DNA of 58,567 bases, taken from assembly GCA_016180105.1 (NCBI GenBank), contig JACPBZ010000006.1, positions 1 to 58,567 of the forward strand, in the 5' to 3' direction. The notes below the pieces were generated by a model. It searched no databases. It had not been told where the DNA came from and was given only the letters and a program-made list of their open reading frames with translations. Of the stretch, positions 37,924 to 46,336 are shown piece by piece. Positions within the stretch are counted from its first letter, which is position 1, and each line of letters starts with the position of its first letter. The position numbers and the translations under genes are program-made. Source of the stretch: Candidatus Woesearchaeota archaeon (GTDB lineage Archaea; Nanobdellota; Nanobdellia; Woesearchaeales; UBA10216).

Positions 37924-39341
37924 AAGCCCTTTTCAACCTCATATTCCGACGACAGAACCTCAGCAGCCGAATTGAAAACAACGACACTACCGTGATTGCC
38001 CCTTGAAAGTTCGGCAAGGCTGTAGTAATGAGCCATTTTTTTCCCAGAATAGTATGCTACTGGCGGGCAATTTCCAAGACAGGCGAATTCTGAAATTTCG
38101 CTGCCGCGAAGATACAAGCCCAGATCCTTGGTTGATTGCCTAAGGCCATCCTCAAAAGCAATTGAAGGCGCGTAAGTTCGCTCAACTTGCAATGGCAGGG
38201 CCGCAACAGCGACAAGTATCGTAGCAGCTGCCAAAACAGGAAACTGAAACCGGCCAATACTCGCCAATACCCTGGCGGGCAAAATCCTGGCAAAAAACGC
38301 TGGCAACGCATTCACGAAGCGAGAAATGCCAAAGCCAATAAAAGGCGCAGCAAAAAGAATTGGCAGCAAAAAGAAACGCGCAGACTCCCACTCAATGCCA
38401 AGAGGCTTTGCAACACCCCTGCCAACTATGAAAAAAGCGTAAGCACCAGACACAGCAAGGCAATACAGCAAGTAAAGCCTCGCATTATTTTGCTGCAACC
38501 GCAACCGGAAACCTTCAACAACACCAAGAGCAAGGAATACCAGAAAAAAGCCAAGGCTGCCTGAAAAAAGATAAAGGAAAAATGCCGGACCACTGCTGCC
38601 TGCTTCTGCCACGACGTGAAAAGCCCTGCCAAAAGTGTAGAAAGGACTGCCAAACTGCGACTGGGAATACAAGAGATAAGGGGCGACAACAGCAGCTGCC
38701 AACAAAAGGCTCACGACAACAACTGAAAGCCTCTTCCAGTGAAAGAAAAACAATGGCAGCAACAACGGCAAGAGCAGCAAATTGGTAAACTTCATCAGAA
38801 TGGCCAGGCCTGTCAAAATACCGCCGAAATAAACCAGCAATTTCCGTTGCTGCTGCAAGCCGAAAAAGTAAGCGATAACAGCAGAAAACGCCAATAACGC
38901 TCCCAAAGCGTCAGTCATCACCCAGCGACTATTTAGGATGTGCAATGGCAGAATTGCAATTACGGCAGCAGACAAAAAGGCAGTCCTGCGATTGAAGACT
39001 GCAGCAGCCAGGAAAAAGACTGGCAACACCACAAGAGAATTGAGGAAAGCCAGCAGAAACCTTGAAACCGCCTCATAAGAGGCAAGGCTGGCAAAAGGCG
39101 ACAGCAACAAAGGCAAAAGAGGAGGCCGCAGGAAAGCCTCAGAATAGCCCACATCCTCGCCAGCAATTAGCTTTCCGTGAAGAAGATAAACAGACTCGTC
39201 CCAGAAAGCGTAAGAAGCATCAAAGAAAACAACTCTGACAATAACAGCCAGAAAAAACAGCAACAATAAGGGCTTAATCATGGCCGTCGTATAATCACCA
39301 TTGTTGTTGTCACTGCCGCTACTATTGTTGCTGTGGCTCAT
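37875..39341 (-). CDS. Polytopic GT-C-type glycosyltransferase (ArnT/PMT_2-like)
   Basis: FWDESVYLLHGKLIAG...FLRPPLLPLLLS in the first loop. Multi-TM. The N-terminus is SNNSSGSDNNNGD. Confidence 0.6.
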   Translation of the reverse strand: MSHSNNSSGSDNNNGDYTTAMIKPLLLLFFLAVIVRVVFFDASYAFWDESVYLLHGKLIAGEDVGYSEAFLRPPLLPLLLSPFASLASYEAVSRFLLAFLNSLVVLPVFFLAAAVFNRRTAFLSAAVIAILPLHILNSRWVMTDALGALLAFSAVIAYFFGLQQQRKLLVYFGGILTGLAILMKFTNLLLLPLLLPLFFFHWKRLSVVVVSLLLAAAVVAPYLLYSQSQFGSPFYTFGRAFHVVAEAGSSGPAFFLYLFSGSLGFFLVFLALGVVEGFRLRLQQNNARLYLLYCLAVSGAYAFFIVGRGVAKPLGIEWESARFFLLPILFAAPFIGFGISRFVNALPAFFARILPARVLASIGRFQFPVLAAATILVAVAALPLQVERTYAPSIAFEDGLRQSTKDLGLYLRGSEISEFACLGNCPPVAYYSGKKMAHYYSLAELSRGNHGSVVVFNSAAEVLSSEYEVEKGFCSGSHCAYLLSRFGA

Positions 39342-39426
39342 TAAAAAAATAAGAAAAAAAGAAAACTAGAAAAAAAATAAAACCCAAATCGGCAGCGACC
39401 GATTGGGCCCCGTCGCATCAGCGACG
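39342..39426 (-). terminator. Two hairpins plus long oligo-T tracts downstream of the S-layer gene
   Basis: On the minus strand: CGTCGC-TGAT-GCGACG (39411-39426), then CCCAATCGG-loop-CCGATTTGGG (39383-39407), then T-rich runs (39342-39381). Confidence 0.6.
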
Positions 39427-39447
39427 TGGGAAAGCTTAAGCGTTAGC

Positions 39448-42186
39448 TTAAGCTGTGCCGCCCGTACCTGCGTCTGCACCTGCATCAGCTGCTGCTGGAG
39501 CCGGGGCGGGGGCTACTGGCTTTGGAGTAACAGGCCCGACAGTTATGTCGCTAAAGCTTGTGCCTAAAACCTCAACTTCCATACCCTTCAAAGTGCCCTT
39601 CTCCTGGTACTTTGCGTAGTCTGCAAGTACTCTGGACGCCCTTCTGGTGTCCATAGCGGATGCGCCTGCAACAAGCAGAGCAATCTTTCCGTTAGTGTGC
39701 TCGACAAGCTTGAGCATTGCCTTGCCTTCTGTGAAGCCTTCTGCACAGTTAGCTGGGTTGCCCATCACTGTTGAAGCTGCAGGGTTAGCACACGGGCCAC
39801 CAACTATGATGGCGTTCTGCGCTGTTATGTCGCTGACCTCGCCCGCTAGCTTGGCAGTGTCGACAGATATTGGTGTTGTCTCGTAGTAGACAACCTGTCC
39901 TGCCTCTGCACCAGTGGTTGTGGTAACCGTAGCTCCTGGAGCCGTGACAACAACTATTGGCAGCCTCTGTCCATTGACTGGATAGTCAACTTCCAACGCG
40001 TCTGGGTCGTTGCTAACTGTCTTCCAGTTAACATATGCACCCAAGCTTGTGTATCTCTGCCTGAGGTTGGTGTCAGCGCTTGGCGTGATGTACTTCACGT
40101 TGGCAACAGCGGTATCCTCTGCAATATCAACCTTAGTGCTTGAAACCGAGATGTTAAAGTCGGTCTGCAAAGGCGCAACGTTGTCATAGTCATCAGCGTC
40201 AGGTGTCTGCATCGAAAATCTCAAGCTGCCAGCTGCCTGTGACTCCACAGTGTTGGACAACGATGCGTTGAATGTTGCGTTCAACGGATGGTATTCCAAC
40301 ATTATTTGCGCACCGCCTTTCGTGGTTATGTTTATCACGTTACGCAGGTCAGCCATCGGATTGACAGTAGCGTTTCCCACACTTTCCAGCGTGCCGTCGC
40401 CATCCAAGTCAATCTTCAACTGGAAGTTGCTGCTTGTGTCAGCAGTGGCGTTCCAAATCTTGAACGTTCCGCCGCCAAACTTAAGCGTGCCACCTTCAGT
40501 GCCACCAGGGAAGTTGCCTGTATTTTTCCAGTCAACCTCGACCTTGTCGCCAGTACCCAAGTCCTGGAATTCGATTTTCGGACTTGTCTCAGACGATGCG
40601 AGGGCGCTGATATACCTCATACCATAGGTCCTGCGCTCGCCCTGCTTCTGGGTGCCATCAGTCAGAATGAAGTAGTCATTCTTTGTGATGGACTGGTTCT
40701 CTATGAGAACTGTATCGTCGTCACTGTCACCAAGCTTGAGCGTGGTGGCGCCTGAAGCGTATGCTACCGGCACCTTTACGTTCTTGCCTGCGCCGTCAGC
40801 GAACTCCAAGTAATACTGGGTTGAGCCAGATGGTGTCAACTTGATTTTCTCAGTTGGCACTGGGTCAAGCCCGTGGTACTCGATGTCCCAGCTGTTGAGC
40901 AATGCCTGAGGCCTTCTCAACTGCTTTGTGAGCTTTCCACCTGCGGGTATGTACTCGTCCTCGTTGGCTGTTATGTTTATGTTCAGGTTCGTCCAAGTGA
41001 ACGAGTTTGTGGTTGAAGTTCCAGACACGGAAACCTTTGTGCCTGTTATTGTTTCAGTACCGACCTCGAGGGTTTGCTCACCGCTGAATCCTGAGGTGAC
41101 TGATTGAGTATCCCTCATCCTGATTTTGTCAGCGCCAAGGTAAAACTCAACTTTCTTGACACCACCAGCGAAATCCTGGTAGATTATGTCCCTGATACCA
41201 ACCTGGGTTCCATCCTTGAGTGTCTGGGTTGAGCCCTCCTGCAATGAGTCGGTTACCTCGCCATTGATGGTAAACTTGGCACTTGTTGACCCAACAAAGT
41301 CCAATGTGACATCATAGTCCTTGCCACCAACAGTGATTGTCTTGGTGTCGTCCTGGCTCATAACTTCCTTTGCAGCACCACCCATCAAGGTGAAATCAGT
41401 CTCATTGTGGGTTGTTGCAGAGTCAGTCCTGGCCTTGACAATGGACCAGTCCTTGCCCAGGAACTTGATTGTCTTGCCTTCAAAGTTCCACAGGTAGGTG
41501 CCTGTAGTTGAGATTGAGCCAGCGCTGTCTGTGACGTCTGACTTTGCACTCTCAGTGAACTCAAGGGCGTACCTTGCGATCACGTTGCCGCTGGAGCCGT
41601 CTATAAATAAGTAGTCTCCTGCCTTGCTTGTGTCAGGGTCTTCAGCATAGACAACTGACAACATTGGGCCAGGGTTTTCCTTTGGCGGATTGCTGTCAAA
41701 GTAGATGTACTGCCTGAAGTCATAGTCGCCCTGCGTGTTGGAGAATGTTCCATCTGCAAGGAGGCTGGGCAACTCATCATCGCTGATGAATGTTGTTATG
41801 TTCCTGATGTTTTCCTGCTGTGCGCTTGCTGCGCCAGCGTCCCTTGTTTCGGAAAACTCAAGCTTCTTTGCGCCAAGCTGGACTCTCCAGGCATCAGCGC
41901 CGCCGATAGCAACTTGGCCACCGCCGGTTGACTGAACGGTCTTCTTGACCCTTGATGCGTACTGCAGGCTGGTTGCGATGTCAACAGAGCCGATAACGTC
42001 TGAAGACGCGGCACTGTCGCCAACAACTAGAACTGCGTTGAACTTACCATCTTGTACAAAAGGAGATGGATAGTCCTTAAGGTCTGCAGCTGCGGTTGCA
42101 CTTAATATAGTGGCACCAACCATAACTGCACCTGTGCCTAAAGCTAACATCTTACTGATAGTCTTGCGTAACTTCACTCTCAACAC
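39448..42186 (-). CDS. S-layer / major surface protein with an N-terminal signal peptide
   Basis: Signal MLALGTGAVMVGATILSATAAA, then DLKDYPSPFVQDGKFNAVLVVGDSAASSDVIGSVDIATSLQY. C-terminus reads AIIVGGPCANPAAS...ALLVAGASAMDTRRASRVLADY. T/S/G/N-rich and Cys-poor. The start is probably GTG 42177, which lies 6 nt after GGAGGTG. Confidence 0.75.
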   Translation of the reverse strand: MLRVKLRKTISKMLALGTGAVMVGATILSATAAADLKDYPSPFVQDGKFNAVLVVGDSAASSDVIGSVDIATSLQYASRVKKTVQSTGGGQVAIGGADAWRVQLGAKKLEFSETRDAGAASAQQENIRNITTFISDDELPSLLADGTFSNTQGDYDFRQYIYFDSNPPKENPGPMLSVVYAEDPDTSKAGDYLFIDGSSGNVIARYALEFTESAKSDVTDSAGSISTTGTYLWNFEGKTIKFLGKDWSIVKARTDSATTHNETDFTLMGGAAKEVMSQDDTKTITVGGKDYDVTLDFVGSTSAKFTINGEVTDSLQEGSTQTLKDGTQVGIRDIIYQDFAGGVKKVEFYLGADKIRMRDTQSVTSGFSGEQTLEVGTETITGTKVSVSGTSTTNSFTWTNLNINITANEDEYIPAGGKLTKQLRRPQALLNSWDIEYHGLDPVPTEKIKLTPSGSTQYYLEFADGAGKNVKVPVAYASGATTLKLGDSDDDTVLIENQSITKNDYFILTDGTQKQGERRTYGMRYISALASSETSPKIEFQDLGTGDKVEVDWKNTGNFPGGTEGGTLKFGGGTFKIWNATADTSSNFQLKIDLDGDGTLESVGNATVNPMADLRNVINITTKGGAQIMLEYHPLNATFNASLSNTVESQAAGSLRFSMQTPDADDYDNVAPLQTDFNISVSSTKVDIAEDTAVANVKYITPSADTNLRQRYTSLGAYVNWKTVSNDPDALEVDYPVNGQRLPIVVVTAPGATVTTTTGAEAGQVVYYETTPISVDTAKLAGEVSDITAQNAIIVGGPCANPAASTVMGNPANCAEGFTEGKAMLKLVEHTNGKIALLVAGASAMDTRRASRVLADYAKYQEKGTLKGMEVEVLGTSFSDITVGPVTPKPVAPAPAPAAADAGADAGTGGTA

Positions 42187-42274
42187 CTCCGTGTAATCTT
42201 CCTTATCATTAATGCTGGTAAACAGCTTTCTTGCAGCAACGAAGCTGCGATTTCAAGCCACAAACCGGGGGGCA

Positions 42275-42282
42275 TATATAAA
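42275..42282 (-). promoter_or_regulatory. TATA box (TTTATATA) of the S-layer gene
   Basis: About 90 nt upstream of the start codon, implying a 60-70 nt leader. The match to the TATA consensus is strong. Confidence 0.5.
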
Positions 42283-42665
42283 GGTTTTGGTTTGCCACCA
42301 ATCCCTGATGCCATCACCTGTTTTGGCCCTAACCGGCTAAAACCTCAAAAAAACAACATTGCGTACAAAGCAATGCCGCTCTTCTGGCAAGCCAGCTACT
42401 GAAGCTGATAAGGACACAGCTACTTTATAAAGTTTTCGGAAGTCCAAGCTATAAATCCGTCGAAAAGTAGCCAAAAATGTATATAGGAGTAGGTATTTGT
42501 AAAGGATGCAAAAATCCTAGTAGGACAAGTTTATTCGTGAAGTGGCAGCGGAAAAGAACAAATTTTTTATAATAATGGATAAACCAGGTAAAGCCTGTTG
42601 AGAAAAACGATGGCGGCGGCAATGAGACTATGATTGCCTAAACATCTTTTCTCGACGGAAAAATC

Positions 42666-42749
42666 GCGGGGATGCCGCAGCGGCCAACCGGGGCAGGCTT
42701 AGGACCTGCTGGCTTAGTGCCTTCGGCGGTTCGAATCCGCCTCCCCGCA
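42666..42749 (+). tRNA. tRNA-Leu (anticodon UAG), long variable arm, no encoded CCA
   Basis: Folded by hand: acceptor GCGGGGA/TCCCCGC; anticodon stem GCAGG/CCTGC with loop CTTAGGA; variable arm GGC-TTAGT-GCC; T arm GGCGG-TTCGAAT-CCGCC; discriminator A. Confidence 0.9.
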
Positions 42750-42899
42750 TTCGAGCGCCTGGAAAAGCAGGGCAAAATCCAAAAGGAAAGATATTTATAG
42801 TAGCTTTTACTAAAAAATCCTAGTAAAATAAGCTAAAATTCGGGCTTACCAAGGCATTTCACGACGACAAGCCGATGCGCGCTTGCGGGGACACGAAAA

Positions 42900-43154
42900 A
42901 TGGCTGTTTCAAGAGTGACCAGGAACTATCAAGTGACCGTCCCAAGGGAAATCCGGGAGCTGGCGGACATCAAGGTGGGCGACACGCTGCTCTTTGTCAA
43001 GGATGGGGAAGAGGTTGTCCTGAAGCGCATAGACAAGGAACTAATGGGCAAGGGGTTTGGGCTTTGGAAAAAGGCCCAGGAAAAGACGCCCTGGGTGTTC
43101 AACAAGCTACTGAGGAGCGAGGCTGAGAAGCGCCTGAAGAGGCTGAAAATATGA
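42900..43154 (+). CDS. AbrB/SpoVT-type antitoxin (VapB-like)
   Basis: RNYQVTVPREIRELADIKVGDTLLFV. Confidence 0.8.
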   Translation: MAVSRVTRNYQVTVPREIRELADIKVGDTLLFVKDGEEVVLKRIDKELMGKGFGLWKKAQEKTPWVFNKLLRSEAEKRLKRLKI

Positions 43155-43160
43155 GGCAAA

Positions 43161-43541
43161 ATGGCAAAGCGATTGCTAGTTGACACTGACGTATTCGTGG
43201 ACTACCTGATGGGCGAGCAACACGCCAAGGAGTTCTTTGAAAGCCTGCCAGAAGGGACATTCTATTACTCTGCCCTGACCAAGCTCGAGCTGCTTTCAAG
43301 CGGGGCCTGCTCTGATTCAGGAGTAAGGGCCGCAACCAACGGGCTCCTTTCCCTCGGCAAGAGGATTGAGCTTGACGAGCCCGCAATAAACCTCGCTGCC
43401 GAAGTAAAAAGGGAACACGGCCTTTCCCTCATCGACTCGATAATGGCTGCCACCGCACTTCAGCAAAAGGCAGAACTCGTCACGAAAAACATTGGCGAAT
43501 TCAAGAAAATAAAGGAACTGCTCCTGATGAAGCCTTATTAA
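43161..43541 (+). CDS. PIN-domain toxin (VapC-like)
   Basis: LLVDTDVFVDYLMG at the N-terminus, with IDSIMAATA and LVTKNIGEF later. Confidence 0.85.
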   Translation: MAKRLLVDTDVFVDYLMGEQHAKEFFESLPEGTFYYSALTKLELLSSGACSDSGVRAATNGLLSLGKRIELDEPAINLAAEVKREHGLSLIDSIMAATALQQKAELVTKNIGEFKKIKELLLMKPY

Positions 43542-43591
43542 CGAAAAACTTAAATACAAAGTATAACATAAGTTATACAAATGATGATAAA

Positions 43592-43810
43592 ATGGCTGAA
43601 GCTCTCGTGAAAGTAAAGGAATGGGGGAATTCGCTTGGAGTAATCCTGCCAAGGCAATTTGTAAAGGAAGCAGGCTTAGAAACCGGCGATGAGATTATCG
43701 TAATGAAGAAAAGAGCAGACCTCAAACCACTATTTGGCATACTAAAAGAAGTAAACAAAACAACCCAAGAACTCAAGGATGAAATGAGAAAGAGCTGGGA
43801 GCATGCCTAA
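43592..43810 (+). CDS. AbrB/MazE-type antitoxin
   Basis: VKEWGNSLGVILPRQFVKEAGLETGDEIIV. Confidence 0.8.
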   Translation: MAEALVKVKEWGNSLGVILPRQFVKEAGLETGDEIIVMKKRADLKPLFGILKEVNKTTQELKDEMRKSWEHA

Positions 43811-44180
43811 ATATTTTTTTGATAGCACTATTCTAGTTGACTACCTTAAAGGCAATCAGAAGGCCGCCAACGTAATTAATGAAAATGAATGGACAATCAC
43901 TCTCCTGAATGTCCTTGAAGTTGCGCATATTGTAAGTCGTGATTTTGGCGAAGAAGCTGGCAAATCAGTCACCAAGCACCTGTTCGACTTACTGGCAATA
44001 CCGACAAGGAACGACATTGATGAAGCGATAGTTTTTCGGCTACAGAATCGAAAATTGGATTTTTCTTACGCGGATGCCCTAGGGTATACGTATGCGAAAA
44101 GACGCAATATGGCTTTTTTAACAGCTGACAGGGCATTCAAAGGCTTGCCAAATGTTGAATTTGCCGAATTTTCAGGCTAA
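43803..44180 (+). CDS. PIN-domain toxin (VapC-like)
   Basis: YFFDSTILVDYLKG at the N-terminus, with YADALGYTYA and FLTADRAF later. 8-nt overlap with its antitoxin. Confidence 0.85.
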   Translation: MPKYFFDSTILVDYLKGNQKAANVINENEWTITLLNVLEVAHIVSRDFGEEAGKSVTKHLFDLLAIPTRNDIDEAIVFRLQNRKLDFSYADALGYTYAKRRNMAFLTADRAFKGLPNVEFAEFSG

Positions 44181-44214
44181 AACCTGACTAACTTTCTCAT
44201 CCAAACATTTTTAA

Positions 44215-44730
44215 ATGAGCATATTTTCCGGACAAAACGAAATGGCCGACGCTAAAATTGAGGCAGCTGAACAAACGAAGGCTGACCCGAAAGAAAAGAT
44301 TAATCCTCTGTCAGGCGACCCAGGCAAGCTGATTGATTTCCTGGCTGAAGAATTGAAATCAGTCCAGCAAATAAAGGCGCCAGCCTGGGCACCCTTTGTC
44401 AAGACAGGAATGCACAAGGAAAGGCCACCTGCCAGAAAAGACTGGTGGCACATCAGGGTTGCATCCGTGCTAAGGACAGTTGCCAACCTGGGGCCAGTGG
44501 GCACATCAAAGCTCCGAACCCGATACGGGGGGAAGCACAGCCGAGGCTTCAAGTCAGAAAGGTTCGCACCAGGCTCAGGAAGCATAATCAGGAAAGCCCT
44601 ACAGCAGCTTGAAAAAGCAGGGCTTGTCAAGCAGGCAGCAAAAGGAGTCCACAAGGGACGGGTAATAACCGAAAAGGCATCAGCGCTCCTCAAGGCTTCC
44701 GCCACCAAAGCTGAGAAGGCTGCCAAATAA
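44215..44730 (+). CDS. rps19e: Ribosomal protein eS19
   Basis: PAWAPFVKTGMHKERPP..DWWHIRVASVLRTV...LRTRYGG. An alternative start is ATG 44242. Confidence 0.92.
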   Translation: MSIFSGQNEMADAKIEAAEQTKADPKEKINPLSGDPGKLIDFLAEELKSVQQIKAPAWAPFVKTGMHKERPPARKDWWHIRVASVLRTVANLGPVGTSKLRTRYGGKHSRGFKSERFAPGSGSIIRKALQQLEKAGLVKQAAKGVHKGRVITEKASALLKASATKAEKAAK

Positions 44731-44732
44731 AA

Positions 44733-45086
44733 ATGGACAACGAGCTTGACACTCTCAAGAAAAGGCGATTAGAGCAGCTCAGGCAGAATTACGCTGAACA
44801 AAACCAAGCTGCGGAAGAAAAGCAGCAAGCCGATGCAGAGGCTGCCCAGCAGATGGCAGCCATAGAGGATGCCGTGAAAGCGCACCTCTCGAAAGAAGCA
44901 CTGCAAAGGTATGGCACGCTCAAGCTAGCCCATCCAGAAACGGCAATGCAGCTTATCATCGCAATTGCCCGCCTGATTGAAGCAGGAAGGGTCCAGGGGA
45001 TGCTCAAGGAAGAGCAGCTCGTGATGCTGCTGAAGCAGCTGCAACAACTGCAACCAAGCAGGGAAACCAGGATAGTAAGAAGGTAA
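44733..45086 (+). CDS. PDCD5/TFAR19-family dsDNA-binding protein (COG2118)
   Basis: LSKEALQRYGTLKLAHPETAMQLIIAIARLIEAGRV. Sits in the conserved position between S19e and L39e. Confidence 0.8.
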   Translation: MDNELDTLKKRRLEQLRQNYAEQNQAAEEKQQADAEAAQQMAAIEDAVKAHLSKEALQRYGTLKLAHPETAMQLIIAIARLIEAGRVQGMLKEEQLVMLLKQLQQLQPSRETRIVRR

Positions 45087-45097
45087 GAACAAGCAAA

Positions 45098-45271
45098 ATG
45101 TCACGACACAAGCACCCAAGCAGGAAGCAAAAACTTGCAAAAAGGACAGAGCAGACAAAGTGGGCACCATTCTGGACAGTCCCAAAGATATATGGCAAGG
45201 GCCGCAAGGTACACCCTGGCAGGCACACCACAGTCAAAAGGCACTGGAGAAGGCAGAAACTCAAGATTTAA
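45098..45271 (+). CDS. rpl39e: Ribosomal protein eL39
   Basis: Below the ORF-track length cutoff. My translation is MSRHKHPSRKQKLAKRTEQTKWAPFWTVPKIYGKGRKVHPGRHTTVKRHWRRQKLKI (57 aa). Confidence 0.9.
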   Translation: MSRHKHPSRKQKLAKRTEQTKWAPFWTVPKIYGKGRKVHPGRHTTVKRHWRRQKLKI

Positions 45272-45283
45272 CGTTGATGACAA

Positions 45284-45688
45284 ATGGCAGCAACCGAACG
45301 AACAATAACAATAGACGTCAGGAAGGAAATCAACAAGGTTCCACCCTACAGAAGGGCAAAGAAGGCAGTAATTGCCGTCAGGAAGTCTGTTGAAAGGCAC
45401 ATGAAATCAAAGGACGTCAGGCTGGGAAAATACCTGAACCTGAAACTTTGGGAGAAAGGAATAAAGCACCCAGTCCACGTCGTGACAGTAATCGCAAAGA
45501 AGGATGACAAAGGCGTGGTCACGGTTGAGCTTTCCAAGATTCCGGTCCAGAGGCAAAAGTCGGCAAAAGTGAAAAAGGCAAAGGCAGCCGTGACAAAGGA
45601 GCCAAAGTCAGAGGCAACAGCGAAAGTCGCACCTCCACAGCTACCAGCAGAGGCCACTCCTAAAGAAGCAGCTGAAAAGAAAGCGTAA
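45284..45688 (+). CDS. rpl31e: Ribosomal protein eL31 with a K/A-rich C-terminal extension
   Basis: ERTITIDVRKEINKVPPYRRAKKAVIAVRKSVERHMK...LNLKLWEKGIKHP. Confidence 0.92.
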   Translation: MAATERTITIDVRKEINKVPPYRRAKKAVIAVRKSVERHMKSKDVRLGKYLNLKLWEKGIKHPVHVVTVIAKKDDKGVVTVELSKIPVQRQKSAKVKKAKAAVTKEPKSEATAKVAPPQLPAEATPKEAAEKKA

Positions 45689-45712
45689 TTCTACAGAAAG
45701 CTTTATATACCT

Positions 45713-46336
45713 TTGGTGTATAGTTATCAACTAAAGGTGTATATCGTGATTTTAACCACGAATGAGAAGAACGTACTCAGGTTTTTATCAGCAAAACCAG
45801 GAGCGGACCATTCAATAAACGATGTTGCAAAAGCCTGTAATATAACGCCGAACGGCACCTTCAAGGTGTTGCGAAAGCTTGAGAAAGAAGGCGTGCTAAA
45901 GGCGAAGCATATATCTAACATAAAAGCTTACAAGCCAGATTTTGAAAATGAAAAAACAGCAAGCGTGTATGAATTAGCATTCATGCCAGACATTCTTGAA
46001 GGCCGGGTGAAGCTCAGGCTAGATGACCTTAAACAGCTAAAGGCGGTAACAAAGGCATGCATTGTTTTTGGCTCATACGTTACAGAAAAGCAAAAGCCCA
46101 ATGACCTCGATGCGCTTTTCATAGTAGAAAAAAACAATTTTGAAAATTACAAAAAAGCGCTTGCCAAAGCTCAGGATATTACTCCCGTAAAAATCCACGA
46201 TGTTGTGCAAACAACTCAGGATATGATGCAAAATCTGAAAAAAGAGGATACCATTGTGACAGAGGCTTTGCATAGGGGCGTAGTCCTCTGGGGATTTGAT
46301 ACGATAGTACACGTGATTAAGCATGCCACAGAATAA
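45713..46336 (+). CDS. wHTH + minimal nucleotidyltransferase (MNT-like) protein, paralog of 1267-1833
   Basis: NEKNVLRFLSAKPGADHSINDVAKACNITPNGTFKVLRKLEKEGVL is wHTH-like, and IVFGSYVTEKQKPNDLDALFIV is the nucleotidyltransferase motif. The probable start is GTG 45746, downstream of the TATA-like TTTATATA at about 45697. Confidence 0.75.
   Translation: MVYSYQLKVYIVILTTNEKNVLRFLSAKPGADHSINDVAKACNITPNGTFKVLRKLEKEGVLKAKHISNIKAYKPDFENEKTASVYELAFMPDILEGRVKLRLDDLKQLKAVTKACIVFGSYVTEKQKPNDLDALFIVEKNNFENYKKALAKAQDITPVKIHDVVQTTQDMMQNLKKEDTIVTEALHRGVVLWGFDTIVHVIKHATE

Noticed and set aside
44211-44726. 171-aa minus-strand ORF mirroring rps19e almost exactly
   Set aside because: The plus strand gives a recognisable eS19 in its conserved S19e-PDCD5-L39e-L31e context. 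The minus-strand translation is A/S/C/P-rich with no motif.
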